Origin: Bacillus subtilis subsp. subtilis str. 168
GTDB lineage: Bacteria > Bacillota > Bacilli > Bacillales > Bacillaceae
DNA: 32,000 nt
NCBI RefSeq assembly: GCF_000009045.1
Contig: NC_000964.3
Span: 2,190,001 to 2,222,000 of the forward strand
Direction: 5' to 3'
Part shown: positions 8,848 through 16,681 of the stretch, piece after piece
Layout of the letters: every line of letters begins with the position of its first letter
How positions within the stretch are numbered: the stretch's first letter is position 1
Translations under genes and position numbers: made by a program
The notes under the pieces: model-generated
The model's input: the letters and a program-made list of their open reading frames with translations, nothing else
What the model was told of the DNA's origin: nothing
Database searches by the model: none

Positions 8848-9105
8848 TTATTTTGATTTAATCTCAACAATTAGACTGTCAGGATAGTTTTTCAAATCAA
8901 GTGCGTTTACATGACAGTGACCTACATATCCTTCTTTATCAACGTAATTATAATAAAACTTTTCCCCATTATTAATGATAACTTCGCCATTATGTGTATA
9001 CTCCATCTCTGTTCCTTTATACCAAGTTACTTGAACTTTTGTGCCAGGTTTGATTTTATTTAAATCAAATATTGTTATTTCTTTTAGCAGGTTCATTTTC
9101 TCCAT
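8848..9105 (-). CDS. yoqG: Hypothetical protein, 85 aa
   Basis: Track ORF trimmed to ATG 9105 (MEKMNLL...), 6 nt after GGGGGAA. Confidence 0.65.
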   Translation of the reverse strand: MEKMNLLKEITIFDLNKIKPGTKVQVTWYKGTEMEYTHNGEVIINNGEKFYYNYVDKEGYVGHCHVNALDLKNYPDSLIVEIKSK

Positions 9106-9149
9106 TTTTATTCCCCCGATTCTCATTAAACTTCAATTAGACTCTGTTT

Positions 9150-9353
9150 TTAATCCCAATTAAAATGTTTGGGTCTAGCGACAAATTCGTAGTTCTCCTC
9201 CCAATCAAATTGTCTCAAACCATCTTCTTCAAATTCCCAGCATTCGCCGAGTAAAGGATCGTCTAATTCAGGAACTCTTTTTTTTAAAGTTCGAAGTTTG
9301 TTGAGATGACTAGCTGTTTTAAATTTAACTTTATCCATTGGTGCAAATTTCAT
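9150..9353 (-). CDS. yoqF: Hypothetical protein, 67 aa
   Basis: Track ORF with a weak SD, packed within the operon. Confidence 0.6.
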   Translation of the reverse strand: MKFAPMDKVKFKTASHLNKLRTLKKRVPELDDPLLGECWEFEEDGLRQFDWEENYEFVARPKHFNWD

Positions 9354-9361
9354 TTTTCCAT

Positions 9362-9526
9362 CTACTTTCTTTTAATTTTTCTTATTTCAAAACGCCATTT
9401 GTATGCATCTGTACCAATTCGATTGAATAGCTCTTTTCTTGCTTTTGTTTTTGAAGGCTCCTCAATTCCAAAGCAAAACTTTCGTGATCTAGTACTGTAA
9501 ACTCCGTATAAAACATTATTCTCCAT
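9362..9526 (-). CDS. yoqE: Hypothetical protein, 54 aa
   Basis: Track ORF trimmed to ATG 9526 (MENNVLYG...) after the GGAGGATGG SD. Confidence 0.6.
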   Translation of the reverse strand: MENNVLYGVYSTRSRKFCFGIEEPSKTKARKELFNRIGTDAYKWRFEIRKIKRK

Positions 9527-9579
9527 CTTCCATCCTCCGATTCTCTTTAAAATTTTACTTTTATCTAAAGTTTTCAAAT

Positions 9580-10335
9580 CTATGATGCTATTTCTCTTTT
9601 GTGCCCATGTTTCTTTAGAAGATCAACAATAAAATCGGCACCTTTAGGAGTAACAAGAGTAATTGTTTTAATTCCAACACTTGTCTCCTGGGTCTTCACT
9701 TGAAAGAATCCTCTTTCTACATATTTTTGATATGGGGCGTTTTTGTTTGTTCCATCAATAAGAACTTTATTTTCCCTCAAAAAGCGAAATAAATTGTTTT
9801 GGCCCATTCCTTTTATGCCAATTGCTTTTGCCACTTGTCCTATTTTCATTAATCCATCTGTATTAAGAAAGCGATCATATTTCTCCACTTTTGGTTCAGC
9901 CAATGTTAATTGCTCCTGCAATTCTCGTTTTGCTTTTCTTTCAGTGAAATAAGCAATGGCACGTTCATCTTCATTCATATCTAGATATGTATCAATTAGG
10001 GACGGTCTTGCTTTTAACGCCTTCTCCATTTCTTCAAATTTAGAAACATATTGAGCTGTGAATAATACCCCTTTAGCACCAGTCATTTTATTAGCAACCA
10101 TATCGCATCCTTTTCGGGTTAAATGGAAATGCTTCAATGAGCGACCAGTTGCATCTTTATATGTACTTTCTAAGAAAAATTCCACTGAACGCAATTTTGC
10201 GTTTAGTAAGATCGCTACATATCCATCAATACTTCTAAGTAAATCTGTATGTCTCTTACCTACCATCTCTGCCACTTCACGGCTGTCAACCAAAAGCTGT
10301 CCATTCTGTTCAATTACTGTTAGATAACTTTCCAT
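9580..10335 (-). CDS. yoqD: Phage regulatory protein: Rha-like N-terminal domain plus KilAC/antirepressor-type C-terminal domain
   Basis: Start reset to ATG 10335 (SD GGAGGT). VDSREVAEMVGKRHTDLLRSI matches the Rha family. The C-terminus (IGQVAKAIGIKGMGQNNLFRFLRENKVL...APYQKYVERGFF) matches KilAC/ORF6C antirepressor domains. Confidence 0.8.
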   Translation of the reverse strand: MESYLTVIEQNGQLLVDSREVAEMVGKRHTDLLRSIDGYVAILLNAKLRSVEFFLESTYKDATGRSLKHFHLTRKGCDMVANKMTGAKGVLFTAQYVSKFEEMEKALKARPSLIDTYLDMNEDERAIAYFTERKAKRELQEQLTLAEPKVEKYDRFLNTDGLMKIGQVAKAIGIKGMGQNNLFRFLRENKVLIDGTNKNAPYQKYVERGFFQVKTQETSVGIKTITLVTPKGADFIVDLLKKHGHKREIAS

Positions 10336-10375
10336 TAAATACCTCCGTCTCATTTAATTTAAAATGCATCTTTTA

Positions 10376-10771
10376 TCACTTCTTTGCAGCATAGCTCTCA
10401 AAGAATTCTTCAACTGATCTTAGATAACGGTATTTATTTGGATCTTCTGGGTTTCTGAATCTCTTCGATAACACCAATGACCAATTAAACATCAATGGGG
10501 AAAATCTTGCCCATTTGCTAAAGCTTAACTGTAGGCCTTTCCATTCCCTACCCGCTAGTTCTGCTAATTCTAGAATCTGATCTTCTTTTATGTTCACTTC
10601 GTCTTCAAACATCACTTGAATTTCTTCGTATGGTTTATGCCCAAAACAACAGTGGCGTGTTTTTAATCCAATTTTGAAATTTAAAATATCAATTAAATGA
10701 ATCATTTGTGTATCAAGTTCATCATATGGGATACCATTTCGGATGAATTTTTCTCTTTGGTTTGTTTTCAC
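10376..10771 (-). CDS. yoqC: Hypothetical protein, 131 aa
   Basis: The track start TTG 10783 lies inside the SD GGAGG. I reset the start to GTG 10771 (MKTNQREKF...). Confidence 0.65.
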
Positions 10772-10789
10772 ATTAACCTCCAATAACAG

Positions 10790-11128
10790 TTACACCTCCT
10801 GGCCACTCCACGCTTCAAATTTTTCTATTGCAGCCTTTTGTTTATTTTCATGATTAATTTGCTCCTTTATGGAGTTTTCATAGTTAATAACTTCATTGAT
10901 TGCCATCTGTATGTAATCGTAATCCCACTTTTCTTCGAAATAACTCGGAGCGAAGTCTCCTTCTCTTGTAAGACACTTGAATTTTTCTTTCCTGAAAAAA
11001 CCGCGCACCTTTTTATATAAAGATACTTTGACAAAACCTTTTGAGTGTCTATCGTTATAAATGCTAACGGCATACTCATTCCCTTCAACTGATGTCACGG
11101 GATATTTGTGCAAATGAAATTCCTTCAT
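10790..11128 (-). CDS. yoqB: Hypothetical protein, 112 aa
   Basis: SD GAGGAGGA. The ATG overlaps the yoqA stop (ATGA coupling). Confidence 0.75.
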   Translation of the reverse strand: MKEFHLHKYPVTSVEGNEYAVSIYNDRHSKGFVKVSLYKKVRGFFRKEKFKCLTREGDFAPSYFEEKWDYDYIQMAINEVINYENSIKEQINHENKQKAAIEKFEAWSGQEV

Positions 11129-11475
11129 TCCACGTCCTCCTCATAAAGTCGTTTGTATCTTTGAACTGCTTTTCCTTTCGAATATAAAAATTCAGGTTTA
11201 TATAAGATTAAAACCGGTAGTTTGTCTATGGTCAGAACAGTGTTGTCGTCCTTATCTACGACTAATTCAGCCCGTTCAATTGTTTCCTCCAACGGTACGT
11301 TACAGTGTTCAAATGCTTTTTTAATCTCTGCATCGAAAACCCGTTTCTGTTCATCAAACGTCTTCCAAATATCATTTTGCCAGCCTTCAATAGGTGCAGA
11401 ATTAACCAGAAATGATTCTCCATCCGGCGTAATCATTCGGAACTTCAATTCGTTGTTATCTATTTCCTCCATCAC
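11125..11475 (-). CDS. yoqA: Hypothetical protein, 116 aa
   Basis: SD AAGGAGGG. The start is GTG 11475 or ATG 11472. Confidence 0.75.
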   Translation of the reverse strand: MMEEIDNNELKFRMITPDGESFLVNSAPIEGWQNDIWKTFDEQKRVFDAEIKKAFEHCNVPLEETIERAELVVDKDDNTVLTIDKLPVLILYKPEFLYSKGKAVQRYKRLYEEDVE

Positions 11476-11487
11476 TCAACGCCCTCC

Positions 11488-11691
11488 TTATCCCCAAAGG
11501 TATTTTATAGCACTAACAATTCCATAAACGATCCAGGATGAAGCGAAAAACAACAGTCTCCAATTTTGAGTGACGATCTGTTTGTTCTGACATTCGACCG
11601 TCTGCCCTAATTCCTCATTCCTGCGACGCAATTCCTTATTTTCTTTTTCGATAACGTCGATCTGTGCCTGTAATTGCATTTCACTTGTCAC
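11488..11691 (-). CDS. yopZ: Small tail-anchored membrane protein (coiled coil plus C-terminal TM)
   Basis: GTG start after AAAGGAGGG. The C-terminus contains WRLLFFASSWIVYGIVSAI. Confidence 0.7.
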   Translation of the reverse strand: MTSEMQLQAQIDVIEKENKELRRRNEELGQTVECQNKQIVTQNWRLLFFASSWIVYGIVSAIKYLWG

Positions 11692-11704
11692 TCCGCGCCC
11701 TCCT

Positions 11705-11983
11705 TTACTCTTTCCATTGGAACCCGATATTTAAATTCACCTGTTTCGGACTTAATATCTTAATTCGGCTCCAATCTTCAAACAAACTTTTCAAATCGTT
11801 CTTTGTTGATACAGTTTTAACATGGAACGTCTCTAAATCGATTAAATGTATCTTATTTCTATTTGTAACATCCATTTTCACAATCCAAACATCGTCATTT
11901 CTTAAAATGAAGTATCCATCTTGGATATCATTAATTGATAACCCTTTGCGCTTCTCTTGTTTTACTTTCAAATTGATTGTCAT
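11705..11983 (-). CDS. yopY: Hypothetical protein, 92 aa
   Basis: SD GGAGGGTG. The start overlaps the yopX stop. Confidence 0.75.
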   Translation of the reverse strand: MTINLKVKQEKRKGLSINDIQDGYFILRNDDVWIVKMDVTNRNKIHLIDLETFHVKTVSTKNDLKSLFEDWSRIKILSPKQVNLNIGFQWKE

Positions 11984-12384
11984 TTCACACCCTCCAATAA
12001 CTCAGGATTTTGATAAACGTCTCCGATTACTTCAATAGTTGCATATTCCACCCACCCGACGGCAGTCACGTCATAATCAGCGGAAATTTTTGATACATCT
12101 ACTTGGAAAACGCCATCTGAAAACTTAACTTCGCAAACATCTGATGATTCTTTATCATCACTCGTTATTTTTACTATAGACCTATCATAAATAAATTTGC
12201 CTCTTACCTTTGCTCCCCACATGAGAGCCGCGTTTCTATTCGTGCTGTCTACAACCGGAACCAAAACATCTGTGTATAAACGTTTCAAAGTCCAATCGCC
12301 GTTGCTTTTGATGATAAGGCTCAAACCTTCATCATCCCAATAATGCATCTGCTCGCCGTCCCAAACTCTGTATGCTGTGTTCAT
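11980..12384 (-). CDS. yopX: YopX-family phage protein, 134 aa
   Basis: N-terminal YRVWDGEQMHYW is the characteristic YopX-family opening. SD GAGGAGGA. Confidence 0.85.
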   Translation of the reverse strand: MNTAYRVWDGEQMHYWDDEGLSLIIKSNGDWTLKRLYTDVLVPVVDSTNRNAALMWGAKVRGKFIYDRSIVKITSDDKESSDVCEVKFSDGVFQVDVSKISADYDVTAVGWVEYATIEVIGDVYQNPELLEGVK

Positions 12385-12716
12385 TCAACTGGATCCTCCT
12401 CATCCGTATTTATGATTGCTCCAATTAGCTTAGTTAAATGAATCACTTGATCTTTATTTACAGCTGTGATTGCACCATACGGATGCTCTATGAAACATAC
12501 TTCATTATTTTCATTGGTATATAAAGTACAATTACATGTAGTACACACATAATTTTCGTTAATCGTTTGGTCTGCTAAATTAATTAAAGACCCTTCATCA
12601 TGATCCAGCACTTCAATTTTCTTACCTTCTTCATAATCACTGATTTCAAGTTTTAACTCACCGAAAAACACTAATGGTTTAAGACAGAGCTTCAATTCAT
12701 CTAATGATAATTCCAA
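12381..12716 (-). CDS. yopW: Hypothetical Cys-rich protein, 111 aa
   Basis: TTG start at 12716, 7 nt after GGAGGGGG. Contains a CTTCNC...C cluster. Confidence 0.7.
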   Translation of the reverse strand: MELSLDELKLCLKPLVFFGELKLEISDYEEGKKIEVLDHDEGSLINLADQTINENYVCTTCNCTLYTNENNEVCFIEHPYGAITAVNKDQVIHLTKLIGAIINTDEEDPVE

Positions 12717-12804
12717 GTGATATCCCCCTCCAATTCGAATCTCGATGAAACTTACATTTTATCCACTAATTTTAATTTTGTTACCTTAGTGAAAATTACA
12801 CAAT

Positions 12805-13014
12805 TCAATATGTACTTACTTCTTTGCCCTTACTTTCTTCTTCTCTTAACATATCTTCAGCTATATACATCCCCTCGTAAGCATAATCAATTATTGAATG
12901 AAATTCTCCGATGACTCTTCGTAAATTTTCCTCTTCTTTGTATGCTTTTAATCGCAGAATCGTTTTCATTAATTTATCGAGCTTTTCATCAAGCAACATA
13001 GCTCTCTTTACCAT
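12805..13014 (-). CDS. yopV: Hypothetical helical protein, 64-69 aa
   Basis: Track ORF. ATG 13014 abuts AGGAG with zero spacing, so ATG 12999 is an alternative start. Confidence 0.6.
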   Translation of the reverse strand: MVKRAMLLDEKLDKLMKTILRLKAYKEEENLRRVIGEFHSIIDYAYEGMYIAEDMLREEESKGKEVSTY

Positions 13015-13021
13015 CTCCTAT

Positions 13022-13041
13022 ATACATATTATTTGTATTTG
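13022..13041 (-). promoter_or_regulatory. SPBRE-type repeat copy (operator-like), between the yopV -10 box and SD
   Basis: ATACATATTATTTGTATTTG, with inverted half-sites ATACA/TGTAT. This is one of six copies in the window. Confidence 0.75.
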
Positions 13042-13046
13042 AATAA

Positions 13047-13075
13047 ACTATAACCCATCATTTAATATCTGTCAA
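13047..13075 (-). promoter_or_regulatory. SigmaA-type promoter of the yopV-to-yoq operon
   Basis: On the minus strand: TTGACA, 17 nt, TATAGT. Confidence 0.65.
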
Positions 13076-13108
13076 TTAGATTCGGCCAATTTATGTGACC
13101 GAATCTAA
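13076..13108 (-). terminator. Hairpin just after the yopU stop
   Basis: TTAGATTCGG pairs with CCGAATCTAA in a 10-bp stem. The U-tract is poor. Confidence 0.45.
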
Positions 13109-13110
13109 TT

Positions 13111-13308
13111 TTAATCTGAGAACATAAAGATCAATTCATTGATGTCATCCCTAAGCTTAACGAGGCTTTGTGGTGTAACTGAAATTGTAATATCTAATTT
13201 CTCTCCCTTGAAACAAAGTAGGAATTGATAATGTTCTGAAGTCAGCAATTTTTTTGTAAGTTTCAGACTAACCTCTTTGTAATTATCTTGATCAACAAAT
13301 ATATTCAA
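13111..13308 (-). CDS. yopU: Hypothetical protein, 65 aa
   Basis: TTG start at 13308 with GAAGGT 6 nt upstream. Confidence 0.6.
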   Translation of the reverse strand: MNIFVDQDNYKEVSLKLTKKLLTSEHYQFLLCFKGEKLDITISVTPQSLVKLRDDINELIFMFSD

Positions 13309-13377
13309 AACAATACCTTCATTCTCCTCTTGCTGCTGATTACATTATGTTTAATGGAGTCTTTCTTTTTTTTATTT

Positions 13378-13596
13378 TTACTCAGGCAATTCTTCTGTAT
13401 TTGTTATTTCATATTCCATATCACTTAATTTAAAATTTTCAACTGATCCGTCAGCTTTTAAAAACGAGACTTCTTTAGATAAAAGTAAATTTTCACAAAT
13501 CCTGGTTACTAATGTTTCAGAGACTTCTGGACTATCTGCTTTGTTTTTGAGTACAATCTCCAGATTCAGTGCAATATTGTTTAAATAACCTGCCAT
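13378..13596 (-). CDS. yopT: Hypothetical protein, 72 aa
   Basis: Track ORF trimmed to the second ATG at 13596 (MAGYLNN...), 7 nt after AGGAG. Confidence 0.65.
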   Translation of the reverse strand: MAGYLNNIALNLEIVLKNKADSPEVSETLVTRICENLLLSKEVSFLKADGSVENFKLSDMEYEITNTEELPE

Positions 13597-13630
13597 CCTC
13601 ATTCTCCTATGTTCAATTTTCTGTGATAAA

Positions 13631-13762
13631 CCCTTAAGGTGTTAAGGGAACGTGCGTTCTGTTTTGTATAATCATTATACATAGAAAGTAGGTGTTATGC
13701 TAGTGGTTATTTATCGGCTTCGTATGGTATGATATGTATTATGTCTTTCCATAACAGAACGC
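13631..13762. promoter_or_regulatory. Divergent yopT / yopS control region with nested inverted repeats and back-to-back TATAAT boxes
   Basis: CCCTTAA-ggtg-TTAAGGG (13631-13648) and GAACGtgCGTTC (13648-13659). A 17-bp palindrome TGTATAAT-c-ATTATACA (13665-13681) gives TATAAT on both strands. GCGTTCTGTT (13654-13663) is inverted with AACAGAACGC (13753-13762). Confidence 0.5.
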
Positions 13763-13778
13763 AGGAGGATGTCCGATT

Positions 13779-14003
13779 ATGATTAAAGTTGAGATCGGGC
13801 AATGCTTGATACCTGAATTATGTAGAAAGAAAGACATTACAATCAATGAACTTTCAGAGATAACTGGGATTAAGAAACAGCAGCTGAGCGACTATAATCG
13901 ATTAGTTAAAGTAGATATGTCTATTCGAACTGCAAAAAGAATTGCTGCTGCTTTAGATTGTAATGTCGAAGACCTCTATGAATTCAAGGTTGAAAGGCAT
14001 TGA
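13779..14003 (+). CDS. yopS: XRE-family HTH DNA-binding protein, 74 aa
   Basis: SD AGGAGGA 9 nt upstream. The HTH is ITINELSEITGIKKQQLSDY. Confidence 0.85.
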   Translation: MIKVEIGQCLIPELCRKKDITINELSEITGIKKQQLSDYNRLVKVDMSIRTAKRIAAALDCNVEDLYEFKVERH

Positions 14004-14006
14004 AAC

Positions 14007-14028
14007 GACTAAGACTTTGGTCTTGGTC
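14007..14028 (+). terminator. Hairpin after yopS
   Basis: GACTAAGAC-tttg-GTCTTGGTC. The T-tract is weak. Confidence 0.45.
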
Positions 14029-14144
14029 TCCTCCTTAGTAAACCATATGGTTTACATGACCATCTTACTACATTTAAACATGTATTTAAAGTGATTATTT
14101 TGTCTATTTTTGTCGAAATGCGAATTTTTTCACAATTTTTTGAG

Positions 14145-14186
14145 ATAAAAGAAAAATCCATTTAACCAAAATAGTCAAATGGATTT
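14145..14186 (-). terminator. Intrinsic terminator after yopR
   Basis: On the minus RNA: AAAUCCAUUU-13 nt-AAAUGGAUUU followed by UUCUUUUAUCUC. Confidence 0.75.
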
Positions 14187-14191
14187 CATAT

Positions 14192-15169
14192 TTAAATGGT
14201 CGTCTCTTTTAGACCTAGTTCTTCTGCGTAATATTTATTAACTTCTTCCTCATTAATATAATCTTGCATTGAATAAACTGCTCGATATTTGGATTTTACC
14301 CTTAAATTAAAGTCATCTATAATCTGATACCTTACAGAGTTATCAATAACCCCTTTTTCTTTATAAAGCTGATATGCTCTATACAAATGACCAGATCTAA
14401 CAATAGTATTTGGTGTTAAAAAGTTAATTTTAAAGAACTCAGATATATCAGTAATTAGATTAGTTATGACAAATTTACTTGCTTGGCCGTCTCCTTTGTT
14501 GGACGTTCTTTTTGTTTTAACTACATAATCATTTTCAACTAAAAAGACTTCTTTTGTTTGGCCTTTTGCCTTCCCATTCTTTAATTTATATTTAGTTTCC
14601 TGAGCTGCATTTAAGGCAATAACAAGACATTCACTACTAACTTTTAGTTTTCGTTCACCGTGCTTTGAATCATAGAGGGTTAAAACGTTACCGTTAAGCA
14701 TTGCATCCTCAACTTGCTTCTTCGTTAAACTTAGCAATTCAGAATGAGCTAAACCAGAAACTCCTTCAAAAAGTAGTCTTAACACAGCCTTAGATTGATA
14801 ATTAACTAATTGATTTTCCATTTCCTCTAATTCACTATAAGTAATATATAATTTTTTGTCCCCGAGACATTCATAAAGCTCTTCTTCAGAAATAGTTCTT
14901 GCTAAATTGGTTAATCCTTTACTTAACTTATATGAAATTGCCCAATCAATATACAATGACAATAATGCTAAGGTTCTTCGAACACTACCGATAGTGGTTT
15001 GATCGAATGATCGTATAAGTTCTAAAATTTGCATTGATGTGAAATCATAAATGTCTTTATTATATAAAGTCTCAGTAATCTCTGCTTTTGCAAAAATAGG
15101 CCTCATCTGCATAACCATACCCTCAGATAAGGTATCTAAATATTTTTCCTTAATCTCACTATTGAACAT
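14192..15169 (-). CDS. yopR: Master lysogeny repressor with a degenerate tyrosine-recombinase fold (MrpR/SroF), 325 aa
   Basis: The track start TTG 15181 abuts AGGAG, so I reset to ATG 15169 (MFNSEIKEKY...). LLFEGVSGLAHSELLSLTKKQV resembles recombinase box I but lacks the catalytic Arg. Recognised as SPbeta YopR. Confidence 0.85.
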   Translation of the reverse strand: MFNSEIKEKYLDTLSEGMVMQMRPIFAKAEITETLYNKDIYDFTSMQILELIRSFDQTTIGSVRRTLALLSLYIDWAISYKLSKGLTNLARTISEEELYECLGDKKLYITYSELEEMENQLVNYQSKAVLRLLFEGVSGLAHSELLSLTKKQVEDAMLNGNVLTLYDSKHGERKLKVSSECLVIALNAAQETKYKLKNGKAKGQTKEVFLVENDYVVKTKRTSNKGDGQASKFVITNLITDISEFFKINFLTPNTIVRSGHLYRAYQLYKEKGVIDNSVRYQIIDDFNLRVKSKYRAVYSMQDYINEEEVNKYYAEELGLKETTI

Positions 15170-15192
15170 TGCAACAAACAACTCCTAAGTAA

Positions 15193-16575
15193 TTACTCGT
15201 CTATTTTTAAATTATTGAAGAAATTCCATATCTTTTGTGGTGATTTAGCATTTCCATTCTTGTCTACTACACCTAATTCATCCCACAACTTATTTTTCTT
15301 ACTAAAATCTATAGAGCCTAAAACATCAGTAATCTTACTTTCCAACTCGTCTAGGCTTACCCCATCTAATTGCAATTTCTTAGCTAATCCCACATAACCA
15401 TTAAAGAACAAATAGTTGTTTACAAAACTTCTCTTCCGTTCTTTTGCTATATCACCTAAGAACTCATCTACATATTGTGTAGCTAAAGCATCAAAGAAAG
15501 ATGTAAGGTATCTTGCAGTTTTTAAGATGTCTGCTTGAGTAGAAAAATCTTTTTTAGAATAGCTTCTTTCAATTGCCTTTTTGAAGTCAGAAAAAGTTAT
15601 AAGTAAGTTTTGATTCTGATTTATCCAGTCTCCATTTGTCTTTATATAATCACCAATTATGCTATTGTCCTGAATAAACTTAACAATTTTATTTGAATAA
15701 ACATTTTGACTCATCTCAGCCACTTTAGATTTTTTAACTGGGTTTATTGTGTTTTGTTGCCCAAAATGCTCTCTCGCCCTTTTTTGAGTGTAGTTATAGA
15801 TGTCCACTTTAAAGGTTTCTTCAAACAAATGATCTAACTCAGGATGTTGTCTTATAGCCATAGTAATGCCTATTAGCCGGTGATACCCGTCTAAAACGTC
15901 TAAAATGGTGTCTTCAGTCACTGTAAGAGACATAGTGTCGTCATCATATTTTAATTCTTCGCCACAACTTGCGCTTCCAACACGTGCATTAAACGTAAAA
16001 ACTGATTTAATTAATTTCCCATCTAAGAACAGTTCCTTTATTTCTTCAACCGATTGTTTATTGAGCTGCGGTACAGGTATCTCAATATCTGAGCCCTCTA
16101 GTTTTTTCGTTTTGTTCGTTCTTTGAGCATTAGGATTATAGTGCAATAACTTATTTTCAAATAGCATAAACAACTCTTTAGCAGTGATGGGGAAGAAATA
16201 ATTATCATCCGAATACTTTACAACTTGTTTGAATGTATACGGAAATTTTATATCTTCCTCCACAGATCCTTCCCATAACGTTTCAATTTCTCTCATATCC
16301 GTTTCTGTGAAGTAATTTCGTGGATTAAACCTTTCACTTTCAAGAACTGAGTATAGGGACTTGGCTAAAAAGTACATATATTCTTTAGAAATTTCGACTT
16401 CTGGATTTTCTATATCATAAATTAATTTTTGTGTTGTCCCTGGAGTAATTTTATTTTTAGCCATCTCTAATTGAATATCGTTAATAAAAGATCTTATGTG
16501 TTTATTTTTCGAGATAGCATCTTTCATTTCTGAAAGCAGTTTCTCATTTGCAGACTGATCAAAGATCACTGTCAT
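15193..16575 (-). CDS. yopQ: DGQHR/DndB-like (ParB-Srx fold) protein, 460 aa
   Basis: Start reset to ATG 16575 (SD GAGGTGAAAGG). The LDVLDGYHRLIGI motif matches the DGQHR domain signature. Confidence 0.8.
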   Translation of the reverse strand: MTVIFDQSANEKLLSEMKDAISKNKHIRSFINDIQLEMAKNKITPGTTQKLIYDIENPEVEISKEYMYFLAKSLYSVLESERFNPRNYFTETDMREIETLWEGSVEEDIKFPYTFKQVVKYSDDNYFFPITAKELFMLFENKLLHYNPNAQRTNKTKKLEGSDIEIPVPQLNKQSVEEIKELFLDGKLIKSVFTFNARVGSASCGEELKYDDDTMSLTVTEDTILDVLDGYHRLIGITMAIRQHPELDHLFEETFKVDIYNYTQKRAREHFGQQNTINPVKKSKVAEMSQNVYSNKIVKFIQDNSIIGDYIKTNGDWINQNQNLLITFSDFKKAIERSYSKKDFSTQADILKTARYLTSFFDALATQYVDEFLGDIAKERKRSFVNNYLFFNGYVGLAKKLQLDGVSLDELESKITDVLGSIDFSKKNKLWDELGVVDKNGNAKSPQKIWNFFNNLKIDE

Positions 16576-16681
16576 ATAGCCTTTCACCTCATGTCATGTT
16601 GCTAAATTTAAAGTTACCAAAGGCAATCTGGTTAATCAAGAAGAATTATCATTTGAACTGAGTAATATACCGAAAAAATGA

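Noticed and set aside
13305-13322. A 5-codon leader mini-ORF (ATG AAG GTA TTG TTT TGA) whose stop overlaps the yopU TTG start, suggesting termination-reinitiation coupling.
   Set aside because: The strong SD (AAGAGGAGA) is only about 1 nt from that ATG, which is too close for initiation. The overlap is probably fortuitous.
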